Below are positions 38,861-52,368 of a stretch of DNA of 64,000 nucleotides, one piece after another. Both the position numbers and the translations under genes were made by a program. Source of the DNA: Octopus bimaculoides (Eukaryota). Where the stretch lies: positions 44,140,840 to 44,204,839 of the forward strand of contig NC_068981.1 in NCBI RefSeq assembly GCF_001194135.2, written 5' to 3'. Each line of letters opens with the position of its first letter. Position 1 is the stretch's first letter. The notes beneath the pieces are model-generated. The model did not search any database, had not been told where the DNA came from, and saw nothing but the letters and a program-made list of their open reading frames with translations.

Positions 38861-39973
38861 CACACATATACATGCATATATAATATATATATATATATAT
38901 TTTTTTTTCAATGAAAAATATTGCAATACAAATGTATTACTTTCCAGTAAAATAAAGCCCCATAAGGGTAGAAGTTTAAATATAAATACAGATTAGTGGT
39001 ACAAGACACCAATATTTACTGGAAGTAGCAGTCGATACAAATACGACGCTATTGTAAAGCTTCACTGCGTGTATATATTCTAATGTCGATACAAATCTGA
39101 CATAACTGTAGATGTGTATCTTAAACCAAAATGGAGAGCTTTAAGGTTAGTGTCTGCCCACAAAAAAATATCAAGCCAGCATTCTTAAAAATGGTGCTGA
39201 TCATTCTAGTTGTTTTTGTACTACAACCAGAGAAACAATCGAGTAACTCATCTTCGGCTGCTGTATTTTCGCCTCAACTGGGTATGCTAATCGGCATGAT
39301 AGACGTCTTCAGTATTTGCGTTGTGTCATATGCCGTAAGTTTAGACTCGCATGTGAGAATAAATCGGTGGGAACATAGGAATGTCAATGTAGTAGAAAAT
39401 AGATACATCATCCTTCTTGGGGATTTTATTATGTAAAACGATCGATCTATCCAGAAACATAGATCAGACGTTGTGGTGAAAGATCATGCTGACAAACATT
39501 TACTCATACATATATCAACCCCAGCGAATTGCAAGTTAACTGTGAATACTTTCAGAAAACTAAATACAAGAGCAGTGAAACGGAGGTCACCAAAATGTGG
39601 CACCTAACAATCAAAACTGTACCTGTGGTGATAGAAGTTTCGTGGATATTATCAAATGGGGTTCTTAAATTCTTCAATGAAATACCAGAAAACCTGGAAA
39701 ATTAACAGAACTTGAAAAAGTTGTTCCCGTGGGTAGAAACGACATCATACGAAAAATACTGTCAGCCTGAGAATATGTGAATATTCTTACTAAATCTTAC
39801 TAAATCGCAAATATTACAATAAATACTATTCTTAATATTGTTTCATCTCTCTCTGAAATATCATTACTAAACATACAGAAAATCTGCCTTAAAATGTCCA
39901 AAATGCTGTTATTCCAGGTCATTCGCTGAGACTTCGAAGAGCTCAAATATAACAAATCAGTGAGAACAAAAAC

Positions 39974-40059
<86 letters not shown>

Positions 40060-40093
40060 TATTATAATAATAATAATAATAATAGTAATAATA
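39974..40093 (+). repeat. (AAT)n microsatellite, tail of first RLE LINE fragment
   Basis: Directly visible; follows a 3'-UTR-like segment. Confidence 0.95.
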
Positions 40094-43000
40094 AATTCCT
40101 TGATGCAATACCAGGCAGTGGCTCTCATGGCTTCCCATCTTTACTGGTTGGAAGTATTATCATGTACATTGTTTGTCTTGGTATAAAAGATGTGCTACAG
40201 CAAATATTCTGCTCAGTACCAAAACAAGATAAACAATTATGACGATTTAAAGTGTGAAATGCGAATGTTGTGGACAATGAAAACAGTAGACGTGATACCA
40301 ATAGTAATTGGTTCACTTGAAAGTATCGGCACGCATCTACCAGCATGGCAGAAAAATATCGGTGCAAGCGTGAAGGTAGAAGACCTACGAAAATCAGCAT
40401 TGCTTGGAACTGTAAGCATTCTTCACAGGGTTTTTGAAGCATGACCTGTAAACAAGTGTCATCTTAGTCTGCTGACTGTGGACAGCTGCCATTTTCTATC
40501 ATATCCAGCAAAATAAGCTGTGAGTTTTCATATACTAATAATGATAATAATTGATGGAGAAAGAAATGACAGCAAAATTTAAGGTGGAGTATTTGTGCAT
40601 AATCATACTGATACTTAAGTCAAAATTAATCGGACGGAATAAGACTGAAGCTATGAACACCTGGGGCGGTTTCACTCCTTAGATATGGAGCAGGGATAAT
40701 CGCATGGATAGTAGACGAACTTAGACAGGAAGACAAGGAAGTTGCTTACCTTATATGGGATACTCCACCCAAGACGTAGCACAGACAGACTACGTACTAA
40801 GAAAAAAAAGAGGGAGGAGGACTGATTGGATGCGAGCACAGCGTTAGAGCAGAATAAAACAACAATGAATGGTATGTAAAAGAAACCACACAAGTGAGAA
40901 AGTCAGGCCTTTGTCGGATGGAAGATTGCAAGGATAAACTACGGTACTACATCAAATACAGAATACACAACACAACAGAACGTGATAAGTTCAGAATTTG
41001 TGGACAACATGGTGAAACCGTATGGCATATTACCAGTCAATGTACGCCAATAGCGCAGAAAAAAATATAAGAAACATCATGACAATATAGCAAGGATTGT
41101 TCATTGGACACTTTGCAACAAGAATGAATTTGACAGAACAAAATTGTGGTACGAACATAAACCGAAAATGATAATGTAAAGATTCTATGGGATTTTATGA
41201 TTCAGTGCGACCATGAGATAGAGAATAGGAAATCAGACAGTGTTAATTGAGAACGAAAGCAAACGATGCTGGATCATAGGTAAAGCATGCCCAACTGACA
41301 ACAAGGTATGCGATAAGGAAGAAAGAAAAGTCGAAAGATATCACTGGTTAGCTTGGGAGGTTAAGCAGTTATGGTCGCTGAAAAAGGTGGTAGTAGTAAG
41401 ACTAAATCATCTCATTTGCCTGGATGATTTAAAGCTCTTTGCAAAAAATGACAAACAACTTAAGAGCTAACTGGCAATTGTTAAACAATTTAGTAACGAC
41501 AGCAGGATGCAATTTGGCCTCGATAAATGTGCAAAAGCTACGTTTATCAAAGGAAAAATGACAGAAACATCGAACGTTAACCTTACAGGCAGAATGTCAT
41601 TAAAGAGTTAGAGCTAGCGGAGAGCTACAAAAACTTTAGGGTAATTGAAGGGGACCGAATCAAACATTAAGTGATGAGGGAAATTTCAGAAGAGAATGTT
41701 ATCGCAGCATGAGATCAATACTAAGGATAGAGCTGAATGCAAGAAACAGGATCGAAGCTACCAATACTTTAGCCATGCTGATCCTGACTTACAACTTCAA
41801 TACCATTAACTGGTCAATTACTGAAATATGTAATCTTGACAGAAAGATACGAAAATTGTTGACAATGCATAGAATGCACAATCCTAAGGTAGATATCGAA
41901 CGACTTTATCTGCCAAGAAAAGAGGGAGGCCGCGGACTGTTACAACTGGCATTAACAATGAAGATTGCCACAATTGGCCTAGACACCTACCTGAAAAACT
42001 CTGATGAATGGATGATAAAACGTGTCTCAAAACAGGAAAACAAGAAAGCATCATACTCAGTAACAAAACAGGCAAAGGTATAAAAGTATATACAAGTGAA
42101 TTCCAAATACATATTCCAGAATTTAACGTACTAGGAACAAGCTGAGAAAAAAAGCTAAGTGTATGAAAACCTGTGCTAGAACTACTGCCTTAGATATTCT
42201 TACTGATAAAGGGGCAAGAAAAACCTCTCAATGTCAAATACCCAAAGAGAGTTAATAATGCCGATGATGACAAAACCCTTACCCATCAATGGCTAATGGC
42301 TTCTGGCTTAAAATCAGAAACAGAAGGGTGTATGATAGCAGCTTAAGATCAATGCTTACCTGCAAGAAACTACCAGGCCAACATATTAAAGAACGCTAGC
42401 TTTCCAACATGTCGTGTAGGTCAACAACAAAATGAAACCATTGATTATGTTGTCTCCATGTGCTGTCTTCTTGCGCCTACAGAGTATCTCAACAGGCATG
42501 ATAGATTTAAACGATATATTCACTAGGTAATTCGCAAAAATTTGGACCTGCCCCATGATAAAAACTGTTGAGAACACAAACCACCTCCAGTGCTTGTAAA
42601 TGGTCACATCTCACTCCTCTGGAAGTTCTCCATTCAAACTTACAGAAAGATGGATGCAAATATGTCTGACATTATATAGAAAATCTACAGACAAAAATCC
42701 TGCCTCCTCATTGATATGACTGTCCCAATCGATATAAACGTATCTGTGAAGACCAAACAAAAACCGAGCAAGCATAAAGATCTTGAAATAAAAATTAGCA
42801 AAATGTGGAACCTGAGGACTAAAACAATAGTTGTTGTCATAAATGCCCTAGGAATGATAGCAAAAAGGGCTGATTGCTACCTAGATCAGATACTAGGAAA
42901 CCCCTAAATGGCATAAATTTAAAAGATAGTCCTCATGAGAACTGCCCATATCCTACGTAAAATACTGACTATGTAATCTCAAATTTTAAAACAAACTCAT

Positions 43001-43163
43001 AATTTTCTTATGGTTTCTTAAATATTCTCTAGAACAATACTATATACAAAACTAAATATATGGCACCCTAGGCATAACACCAACATGACCTTCTAACTTG
43101 TCTCTTATGGTCTCTGGGTGAGACTTGCAGCCAACTTGTACAAATGCAAAGCAAAAGTCAAAC

Positions 43164-43369
<206 letters not shown>

Positions 43370-45222
43370 AGTACCTGGCATAGTACCCGACAACTATGAA
43401 GAACAAAAAATGGAACAACAGAATCTGTAAAATAACTGAAATCCAAACAAAACCAGGAACGACAACGTATAATAAAACCATGGCATGAAATGTTCTTACG
43501 TAGCAAATATTGGGATAAGCTAAACAGGAAGACATAGAAAAAGTAAAATCCCATCCCAACAATGGTTGAGAAGCTCAAGACTCAAAGCAGAGACTGAAGG
43601 ATTTTAAATTGCAGCACAGGATCAAGTCCTCCCCACCAGAAATCCACAGAAACACATAATGAAGAAAAATACAAGTAACTGTAGAATATGTGGTGACGGG
43701 GAAGAAACAATAAATCATATTTTCTCTGGCTAAGAAGGAATATATCCACTGACATGATAGAGCCTGGTCCTATATAGACTGGAAACTATGGCAACTCTAT
43801 GGAATAACAAAACAAAAAATAATAAAGTTAGAATAGGTACACCCCAGAAAAGGACTCAGAAACTGAGAGAGTAACTATAATCTGGAATATGCTGATACAC
43901 ACAGATAGAGAAATCACGCCTAATAGACCAGATATCATTTTCAGAGATCACCAGGAAAAAGCTGCCTTCGAATCGATGTATAAATACCCACTGATAACAA
44001 TGTGTCTCTAGAAGAAACGGAGCAACTTTGAAAATACAAATATCTGGATATGTAGGTAACTAGAATTTGGAGCCCTAAACAGAAGCAATCACTATAATAA
44101 TAGGTGTATTACGCATGATTAAAAAACATTCCGACAAATACAACTATAAAAACTGGAACTTCCCTGAATTAAGAAACTTGGATATAAAAACGAGAAAACT
44201 ATTAAAAGCATACCGAAGTTACCACCCCAAGGCAGACACAAACAAAATATATCTATCCCACTTAGAGGGAGGTCGCAGCCTGATACAAATAGAAACTACA
44301 ATAAAATAACAAGAATTAGATCAGAAAGATACTTAGAAGCACATATAATAAAACAGTGCGAAAACAGAAAACGCTTTTCTGCTTAAACATTGCGGTGGCA
44401 AAATACAAAACAGTAACAAACTACACTGAAACAGATATCTGATGACAACGTAGCAGACATTGTCAAAGAGACAATAAAACAAGAAAACAGAACAACAAAA
44501 CATTCTAAAGAAAAAAAATGGAGAGAAAAATCACTCAATGGCCAATACCCTGCAAGGCTTGACAGAGACATGAGTCTAAGCAAAAGCCAACAATGGCACA
44601 CAAGCTCTGGATTAAAAGCGGAAACAGAAGGACTGATTCTTGCACAAGATCAATGTTTGACCTCAAACAACTATAAAAACAATATAACATTACAAGCCCT
44701 AACATCAAATGCAGAATTTGAAACCAGCACAATGAGACTGTTTAGCTCACCATCTCTGGTTTTCCAGTCCTTGCCAAATCCGAATATATATACAGATATG
44801 ACCGAGCTTTTTGTTCGGCGTGCTATCGATTTTCCCAGCTTAGGAATCAATAAACTAGATACGGTACAACACACACTAATGAAAGAGAAGGAATAAATAC
44901 TATAGACGTCTTAAATTAATACTGAAAACAGGGCTCAATGCGAAAATAAGACAATAGGTTTCAACGCTCTAGCCATCCAGAAAAGAATAGAGAAAGCAAA
45001 ATTCCAACAATGGCTGAGATGCTCAGGACTGAAAGTAGAGAGTGAAAGATTTCTAATTGCAGCACAAGATCAAAGCCTTCCCACCAGAAATCCCTAAAAA
45101 CATGCATGTAATGAAATGAAATACAAGTAACTGCAGAATATGTGGAGATAGAGAAGAAACAATAAATAATATTGTCTCTGTCTGTCCAGTCCTGGCTAAG
45201 GAGGAATATATTTACAGACATG

Positions 45223-45329
45223 ACAGAGATGAGACCTACATACAGAGATGAGACCTACATACAGAGATGAGACCTACACACAGAGATGAGACCTACATAC
45301 AGAGATGAGACCTACATACAGCGATGAGA
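45223..45329 (+). repeat. 19-bp minisatellite (acagagatgagacctacat) x5.6 inside a LINE fragment
   Basis: Units start at 45223, 45242, 45261, 45280, 45299 and 45318 (partial); no spacers. Confidence 0.95.
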
Positions 45330-46010
45330 ATATATTTACAGACATGACAGAGATGAGACCTATATGTCATAGAGATATGACAACTCAATGGAATCACAAC
45401 AGAAAAAAAATGGTATAGGCACACGCCAGAAAAGGTAACAGAAAATGAGAAAGCAACCATACTCTGGGATATGTTAATACACATTGATAGAGAAATTAAG
45501 GCCGATGTGCCGGGCATAGTTGCCATAGACCATCAAGGAAAAATGCTTTCTAAACGACACATCAATACCAACAGATGACAATGATTCTCTAAAAGAAACA
45601 GAGAAACTTCCAAAATTCAAAGACCTGGAAATGGAGGTAACTCGAATGTGGATCCTAAAAACAGGTGCAATTACTATCATAGTAGGTGCGCTAGGTTTGA
45701 TAAAATGACATTCTGCCAAGTACATAACAAAAGCACCAGGACTTATAAGTATACATAACATACAGAAAACAGCACTACTAGGCACCATGCACAGTATACG
45801 TAAAACACATTCAATACAGTGAAAATAGGAGCTCCACAGCAAAGCGCAGCACGTACCCAAGGCACATAGAGCTGCGCTCGGTAGTGTAGTGAACGCACCT
45901 GTTAAAATTAAAACTACTGAATAATAAAAATAATATTAATAACATCAGACTATTCATATCGTCATTGAGATTGAAATTGAAATTACCAAGGAAGAATCTA
46001 CCGGCATTAC

Positions 46011-46080
46011 TTTCCTGTTAGTTTCAGCACATTTCCTCGCTGCGTCACAGCAAAGTGGACTCCAGTACAAATTCAAAGGG
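46011..46080 (-). CDS. Probable exon, 70 nt: (C)PLNLYWSPLCCDAARKCAETNRK
   Basis: Acceptor ggttaattatcag (alternative AGs upstream), donor AAA|gtaatg. Only open frame, phase 2 to 0. Confidence 0.55.
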
Positions 46081-46568
46081 CTGATAATTAACCTAATTTT
46101 GTTTATGATTGAACCAAACATGTTCACTGTATATGATAAAAGAATCGGATCTCTAATAGAAATATTACTGGCATATACCTGAATATATGCAATGAAAAAT
46201 GTCGAGAAATATATAGCAGTTAGCATTGGAAGCGTGAGCAATTAATCAAAACACCAACATGAAACCAGATAGACAAGCGGAGAAAAGATAATTAATATAA
46301 CACTGATTTGCAAATACTTAGTAATTAGTTATGGAAAAAAAGAAGTACACCAATAGCATGGTCTTCTAGAATATTACAGATACATTCCATTAACATTAAA
46401 AATGAAGATACTACGCATCAATAATCTAGTTTTCGTAGTTATAAGTTATTGCTATAGCATTTTGAAATAGAGGCTAACTGAGTTAGTAATACAAGATAGA
46501 AAACGAAAGGAGAAAATCTTTGACGGCATGTAGAGTAACCCATCAAAAATCCCATCACAAAATTTTAC

Positions 46569-46593
46569 CATGCATATAGAAAAGTAGGAGCCA
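46569..46593 (-). CDS. Probable 25-nt microexon: (L)APTFLYA
   Basis: Strong acceptor tatattttttatttgcag, donor ATG|gtaaaa. Phase 1 to 2 links the 82-nt and 70-nt exons. Confidence 0.6.
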
Positions 46594-46886
46594 CTGCAAA
46601 TAAAAAATATATAACTATCTCCTATACAAGGATAATTTAAGGAATAATGGAAGATTGATATAAAATCTTCAATAGCCTCAGCAAAAATTGCAGAAGCAAA
46701 AACGAAGTATAAAATGCATTACAAAAATAATGCCTACAAACCTAAATGGGGAAAATGGATAAAAACAAAGTATCAAAGGTCTGGATGAGAAATGCAGGGC
46801 TCAAAACTGAAACCGATGATGTTTTATTTCTCTGTTGTAGCTCATAATCATAGATATCCCACTATCTTCAGGACTCATATACTTCA

Positions 46887-46945
<59 letters not shown>

Positions 46946-47000
46946 CAAGGAATAAATAATGGTCATTACATATTTCTTTATTGTAGTAAATTTGACTTAC

Positions 47001-47082
47001 GGCTATTTCCATTAGTCATTATAGGTTCGTCAATTGATAGATTTACATATTCGTCCCGATAGATTGAGAAAAGTTGAACAAC
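47001..47082 (-). CDS. Exon, 82 nt: VVQLFSIYRDEYVNLSIDEPIMTNGNS
   Basis: Acceptor cattaattgtttag, donor gtaagt. Only frame 0 is open, phase 0 to 1. Confidence 0.7.
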
Positions 47083-47495
47083 CTAAACAATTAATGCTAC
47101 TTTCGTCAGTCATTTCTGGTCATATACATACACAACATATAGAAAATAGTGCAAATATGAATTTCGCTTATATTACGTAGAATCATATCAAGAGAAAACA
47201 CTAAGTCAAAACATACCACAATTGTTATTCAAGGCTAACAGGGGTATATTGGGTTGTGCAATGAAAGCTCGCAATACAAATAAAGCTCCTAAATATCATA
47301 AATACAGCCATTTGCAAAGGGTGAAATATTAGTATCATGACTTGCATCGTTCGAGGGACTCTACCACTAAACTTCCAGCTGGAATACTTAATGTTGTATA
47401 TTTCTATAGTGCAATTGTAACTGATAAATTCTATCAACTTTTTTTCTATGGATAGAAGGCAAGAGTTATAAACCATTTCTTGATACAAACATTAC

Positions 47496-47532
47496 CTGCA
47501 GAAAATCCATTTTATGTAAGAACCTCTGTAAA
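47496..47532 (-). CDS. Microexon, 37 nt: (C)LQRFLHKMDFLQ
   Basis: Acceptor attgtttttcag, donor CAG|gtaatg, phase 2 to 0 matching the next exon. Confidence 0.7.
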
Positions 47533-47712
47533 CTGAAAAACAATCTTTCATGTAAAACATGATACTTTTCCTTACAATTACCTTCTATCTGCATAAAAAC
47601 AAAAGAAAATGTAATAGTAATAAATAACAGCGAAGACTAAAAAAAAATCTCAATTTATAAAACCTCGTGTTATTGCTATTTTCTACATGCAAAAAGTAAC
47701 AAAGCAACCAAC

Positions 47713-47794
47713 CAATTGATATTCTGTGTATCAAGAGTGCCATTATCCTTCCAAGCATCAAGTAGAAGAGTATTGAGATCAATAAAGATGTCAA
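47713..47794 (-). CDS. Probable exon, 82 nt: (F)DIFIDLNTLLLDAWKDNGTLDTQNIN; 5' boundary uncertain
   Basis: Long open frame (ORF 47676-47927). Acceptor ccaattcttcaattcag, donor TG|gttggt in phase 2; the frame also stays open to upstream AGs. Confidence 0.55.
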
Positions 47795-49018
47795 CTGAAT
47801 TGAAGAATTGGCTATAATTTGGTTTAGTCTTTAGCAAAGGCAAGGCATAATTTCTGAACATCGTCCCAAACGAGTCGTACACATTATATACGTATGCATA
47901 TACATTCCTATGCATAATCACACACACTCACATATACACATAGACACATTTATAAATGCATATGTATATATGTAGGTATGCATGCTTGTATTTATCAATA
48001 TGTATATGGTGTGTGTGTACATTTGTTTGTATGCATATGCATTTCTGCGTACACTCCTACATATTTAGTAATAATGCTTAGACACATTTTTATACACACG
48101 CAGTCGGACGTGAACATAAATGCACTCATACATAGACACATAAGCACATACATATGTGTGTATAGTGTGTATATTCTAATCTATATGTGAGTATTACTTG
48201 TAAGAGTTCGTTAGACAGTCGTTTTTTTCCAGTTTTGTTTGTAAATTTTTTCATGGTGTTATACAACTATTCTGACTAAAGTATCATCAGAAAGAGAAAA
48301 CAACCAAAACATATCCAGGCACAAATCCATTCTAGATATATCTAATCTAATTTTCCGTTTTCTATGAATACCAATGAGATTTTGGATAGTATTTAGCTTT
48401 TTCGTCTTATAGATGTTTCCTTAAAAGTTTTTACAATATGCAACATGTCTCTTCCATTGTCACAAGTTTGCTAATGTATGATTTCCGTATTGCCGATGTT
48501 AATAAATTCACGCATGTATTAACAAATGCAGCATTAGTCAGTGGCATATATTCACTTTGTTTACTGCATAGATATATTGCTTTAGTTAATATTCTGTAAT
48601 TTACTTAATCATTAATCATGACTTTATGTAAATAACTGTTTAATTATAATGTACATTGCGTGACAGAAACATATTTTGTTACTATACACAAAAACCGTAT
48701 TTCGCTTTGTTTAGTGCTTCAGTTCTTTCTCATGCTTCGCGATAATTAATTAATACAAAAGATCAATTAATACATTTTTGTCTTTAGGATGTAGAAGTTT
48801 CTTAATATATTATAGTACTATCCATTGTATATTTTATTGTATTACAAATGAGGAAAACATTAATATGAAAATTGAACATACACACACACGCACGCACATA
48901 AAAACACACATTTGTATACACACACATACACACAGAGATTAAGTAGTAGTGATTTATATTGACAATGGCAATTATCTTGGTAGCTCTCAAACGTTTATCA
49001 GGTTAACAAGGTACTCAC

Positions 49019-49068
49019 AAGTAACACATAAATACTCCCAATCAATCAACCGGTCAGCAGAGCAGTCA
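49019..49068 (-). CDS. Probable exon, 50 nt: DCSADRLIDWEYLCVT
   Basis: Acceptor tataatatcacag, donor gtgagt. Only open frame, phase 2 to 1. Confidence 0.55.
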
Positions 49069-49267
49069 CTGTGATATTATACCGTTATATAATGTTCTTA
49101 ACTCTCCTGTGAATCCATATATATTGTAACAAGACGCTGCACATATTACGTGGTTTATAATATAATAAAAGCACAAGAGTGGAGAGCTCAAATTTGTGAC
49201 ATACGCGTTTCCAGAGAGTGGTCATTTCTTCAATAATGTATATATTACATTCTATTACGCAACTTAC

Positions 49268-49328
49268 ATTATTACATAATTTCACCATTTCATTAGGGAA
49301 TGTTGAGACTGTTACCAGTAAAACTAAT
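49268..49328 (-). CDS. Candidate (possibly alternative) exon, 61 nt: LVLLVTVSTFPNEMVKLCNN
   Basis: Strong acceptor atatttcttcatag and donor gtaagt. Phase 2 to 0, not directly compatible with 49019-49068. Confidence 0.4.
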
Positions 49329-49984
49329 CTATGAAGAAATATATTTACATATATTTGCAGAAAAAGTATTAAAAGCCACAGTTGCTTTGACAAAATACAA
49401 TTTACAAAACCTTAAATTTTAGGGGACAGTTTGAATCAATTCGCTTTATATGCAACAGCAGCAAAGATAATAGTAATATCATAATTGATGTGGCAATGGT
49501 CACATAAACCTAACCATTTAACAGACAAATGCATATATGAGATTGATATTGTAATTAGAGTTTTATCTACTAGATATCCCTTTCTAGTGAACAGAGTTCT
49601 GATATATGAATGTTGCATCGTTAGATGTTGTAAGCTCATCTTGATGTACTATGTGACAGCTCAACTCTCCTTAAGCTTGATTTGGACAAAATTGCACTAC
49701 TGTCTTTAGACACATGTCGTATCCAATGCTTTCAGTTATTATTCCTTGACCCATGTACTGAGGCACAAATGTGCAGTCAGAATTCTATATTTGTGCCTGT
49801 ATTTGCGCTATGTTTCTGATAAAAATACAGCAAATAGTGTCATAGCTATTCCTTTTTCGAACGCGATGATGTTTTACGATGGCTCGAAGGACCTCTTGTA
49901 TACCTTAACGTGAAACGAAATCATTTTGACAAATTCCTTCCTTCCGACATGTGCTTAAAGCAGAAGAAATTATAAGGGCAATGC

Positions 49985-50190
49985 GCCGACAGACTTGTTC
50001 GAAGGTCGGACAAAATACTTAGCAGCATTTCTTCAGGTTTTACGTTCTGAGTTCAAATTCCGCCGAGGTGGACTCTACCTTTCATCCTTTTAGGGTAAAT
50101 AAAATAAATATCAGTTGAACATTAGGGTTGAGGAAATTGACTAGCCTGTCCCCTACAAAATGTGCTTATATTAAAAAAAATTATTATCAT
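49985..50190 (+). mobile_element. Degenerate tRNA-derived SINE (family of 548-781)
   Basis: tttacgttctgagttcaaattccgccgaggtggactctacctttcatcc core. Confidence 0.7.
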
Positions 50191-50495
50191 AATTATTATA
50201 AAGCTATTACATGTTTTTTTTAGGTAGGAGGGTTGTTTACAAGCATAAGAACTCTCTTCAGATATCAAAAATATTTCGTAGAACTCTTCCAGAATGCAGA
50301 AGTCTACTTTTCTGCAGGTCAAGAACAAACGCTTTTCTCAAATCCAGTATCCTTCAGCCTCTTGGCTTGGGGTTGTTATTTTTGTAATTTAACTGCATTT
50401 TAAAATTTCCACAACCATTTTCTTTGTTACAAGATCTGCGTATATTATTTACATTTGACGGATATTTGTCCTCATCTTGTTTGTTGTTAACACGT

Positions 50496-50566
50496 TTCTT
50501 CTTCTTCTTCTTCTTCTTCTTCTTCTTCTTCTTCTTCTTCTTCTTCTTCTTCTTCTTCTTCTTCTT

Positions 50567-50597
<31 letters not shown>

Positions 50598-50738
50598 TTA
50601 TTATTATTATTATTATTTGTAGTAGTAGTAGTAGTAGTAGTGGTAGCAGTAGTGGTAGTAGTAGTAGTAGTAGTGGTAGCAACAGTATTAGTAATAGAAG
50701 TAGTAGTAGTAGGAGGAGGAGGAGGAGGAGGGGGAGGA
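50496..50738 (+). repeat. Compound trinucleotide array (CTT)n-(TTA)n-(GTA/GTG)n-(GGA)n
   Basis: Directly visible. Confidence 0.95.
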
Positions 50739-52351
50739 GAAAATGCATGCAGTACATACAGTATCTGCTGTTATATTAAGTTGCATAATATGCAGCGTTT
50801 ATGTAAGAAGGCAGATTTCATTGTTGTAAAGGTTTCACTAAAATCATTTCTGATAAATGCAACATTCTGTGAACATTGAGTGATCAAAAAAATATTTAAC
50901 GAGACAATTAAATTATCTTTATACCCATAGGTACGTTTCCAATTGCAGAGATTGGTAGTTAATAATATTTATAGTCTCAAGTCTAAAATCTGTAATTAGA
51001 AGGAAGAAAAAAGAAACTGATGTAACACCTAGTGTAGGCTGTGTGTTATTAGATACCTGACCGTGAAATGAAATAACTTGCAGCCTTTCATTTATCATCT
51101 TAGCTTCACTTGATGAACTTAATTGTATTCAGTGAGGCCATATTATAAATGAATTGTCCCGTTGTTTCCGTGTTAAACGTGTTTGATCGATGACTGATTT
51201 GTCTGCAACGTGCATTGCAGTAACCAATTGCCATTCGGAAATAATTTACAGCTACTAACTATGCAATTATTTAGATAACAGAATCAAGTTTCATCATTGT
51301 GTATAATTGATTATGAACAATTGCTGTGTTGCATAGTTCAAATGTGAAACAGTGGCCCTTAAAAATCCACTCGATGACTATTTTCCAAAACGCACGTTTG
51401 GAACCAATGTACTTAATTAACTATTGTTTATATACGTTTATTCTACATAAAGTGTAAATTATCATCACCATGCTTTTGATTTTGATGTTGATATTGATGT
51501 TGATATGAATATGTTTTTGTTTTGTTCTTTTTTGACATTTTGACATTGATTTTGCTTTTGATTTTGATATTCGGTTAAAATAAAACTCTAAAATATATTA
51601 ATATCTATAGTTTCTTCCATTAAAGTTATGAAATTGCACTTCTTACTTTGAATATTAAGAAATTTTTACCTGATATTGTTCCTGTTTCTGTTAGCAGCAG
51701 CAATTTCAAAATGGCAGAGTCGCAGTACCAAAAAAAAAATTGGACTGTTTTCTATGTTTTCAATTTTTTTACTATTAACTTAAATTTCCCTTTGTTTCGT
51801 GAAATCAGTATGTGACAATTTCTCAAGTCTATTTCAGAGACTATGTATGTTCTGCACAATTACTTTGTAATATGGTAGTACTAGATGAAGTCAGGACACA
51901 GCACTTTCAGATGAAGGCATTGCTTAATATTTTAAGCAGTAGCAAGTAGCTTTGAACTATTATTGTGAAATTTTGATGCATTGAGTAATATTTTCTAGTA
52001 GTGTTACCTACCTATATAAGGTTGCTCATCCGAAGAAAGCTCTAACCTATAGATCTATGTTTCAAGTTACTGCAGAACTGACAATTATTTACAAAATTCT
52101 ACCTTTGTTTAAAACAAAGTAAAGTTCTCCCACTCGCTCTTATTAGGCAAAGTGCAAACTGAATGAAACATGTGCCAATAGAACAATGCTACCTGTTTGT
52201 GATACATGTAATGAATGCAATGAAAATAAGATGAGAGGAAAAAGCAAATAGGATTAGTTACAGATCAGAGATTACATTGCAGGGAAGAGAAATGCTGATA
52301 AGCTAAGAATTATGGAAAATGCTTAATATACAAACATACAGGAAAGATTAC

Positions 52352-52368
52352 CCTTGGAGTGCATTGGG
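52352..52368 (-). CDS. Candidate 17-nt microexon: PNALQ(G)
   Basis: Acceptor attctactctttgcag, donor AGG|gtaatc, phase 0 to 2. Confidence 0.4.

Noticed and set aside
45223-45329. CRISPR-like short repeat array
   Set aside because: Units are contiguous with no unique spacers, lie inside a LINE ORF, and no cas genes are present in this eukaryotic context.
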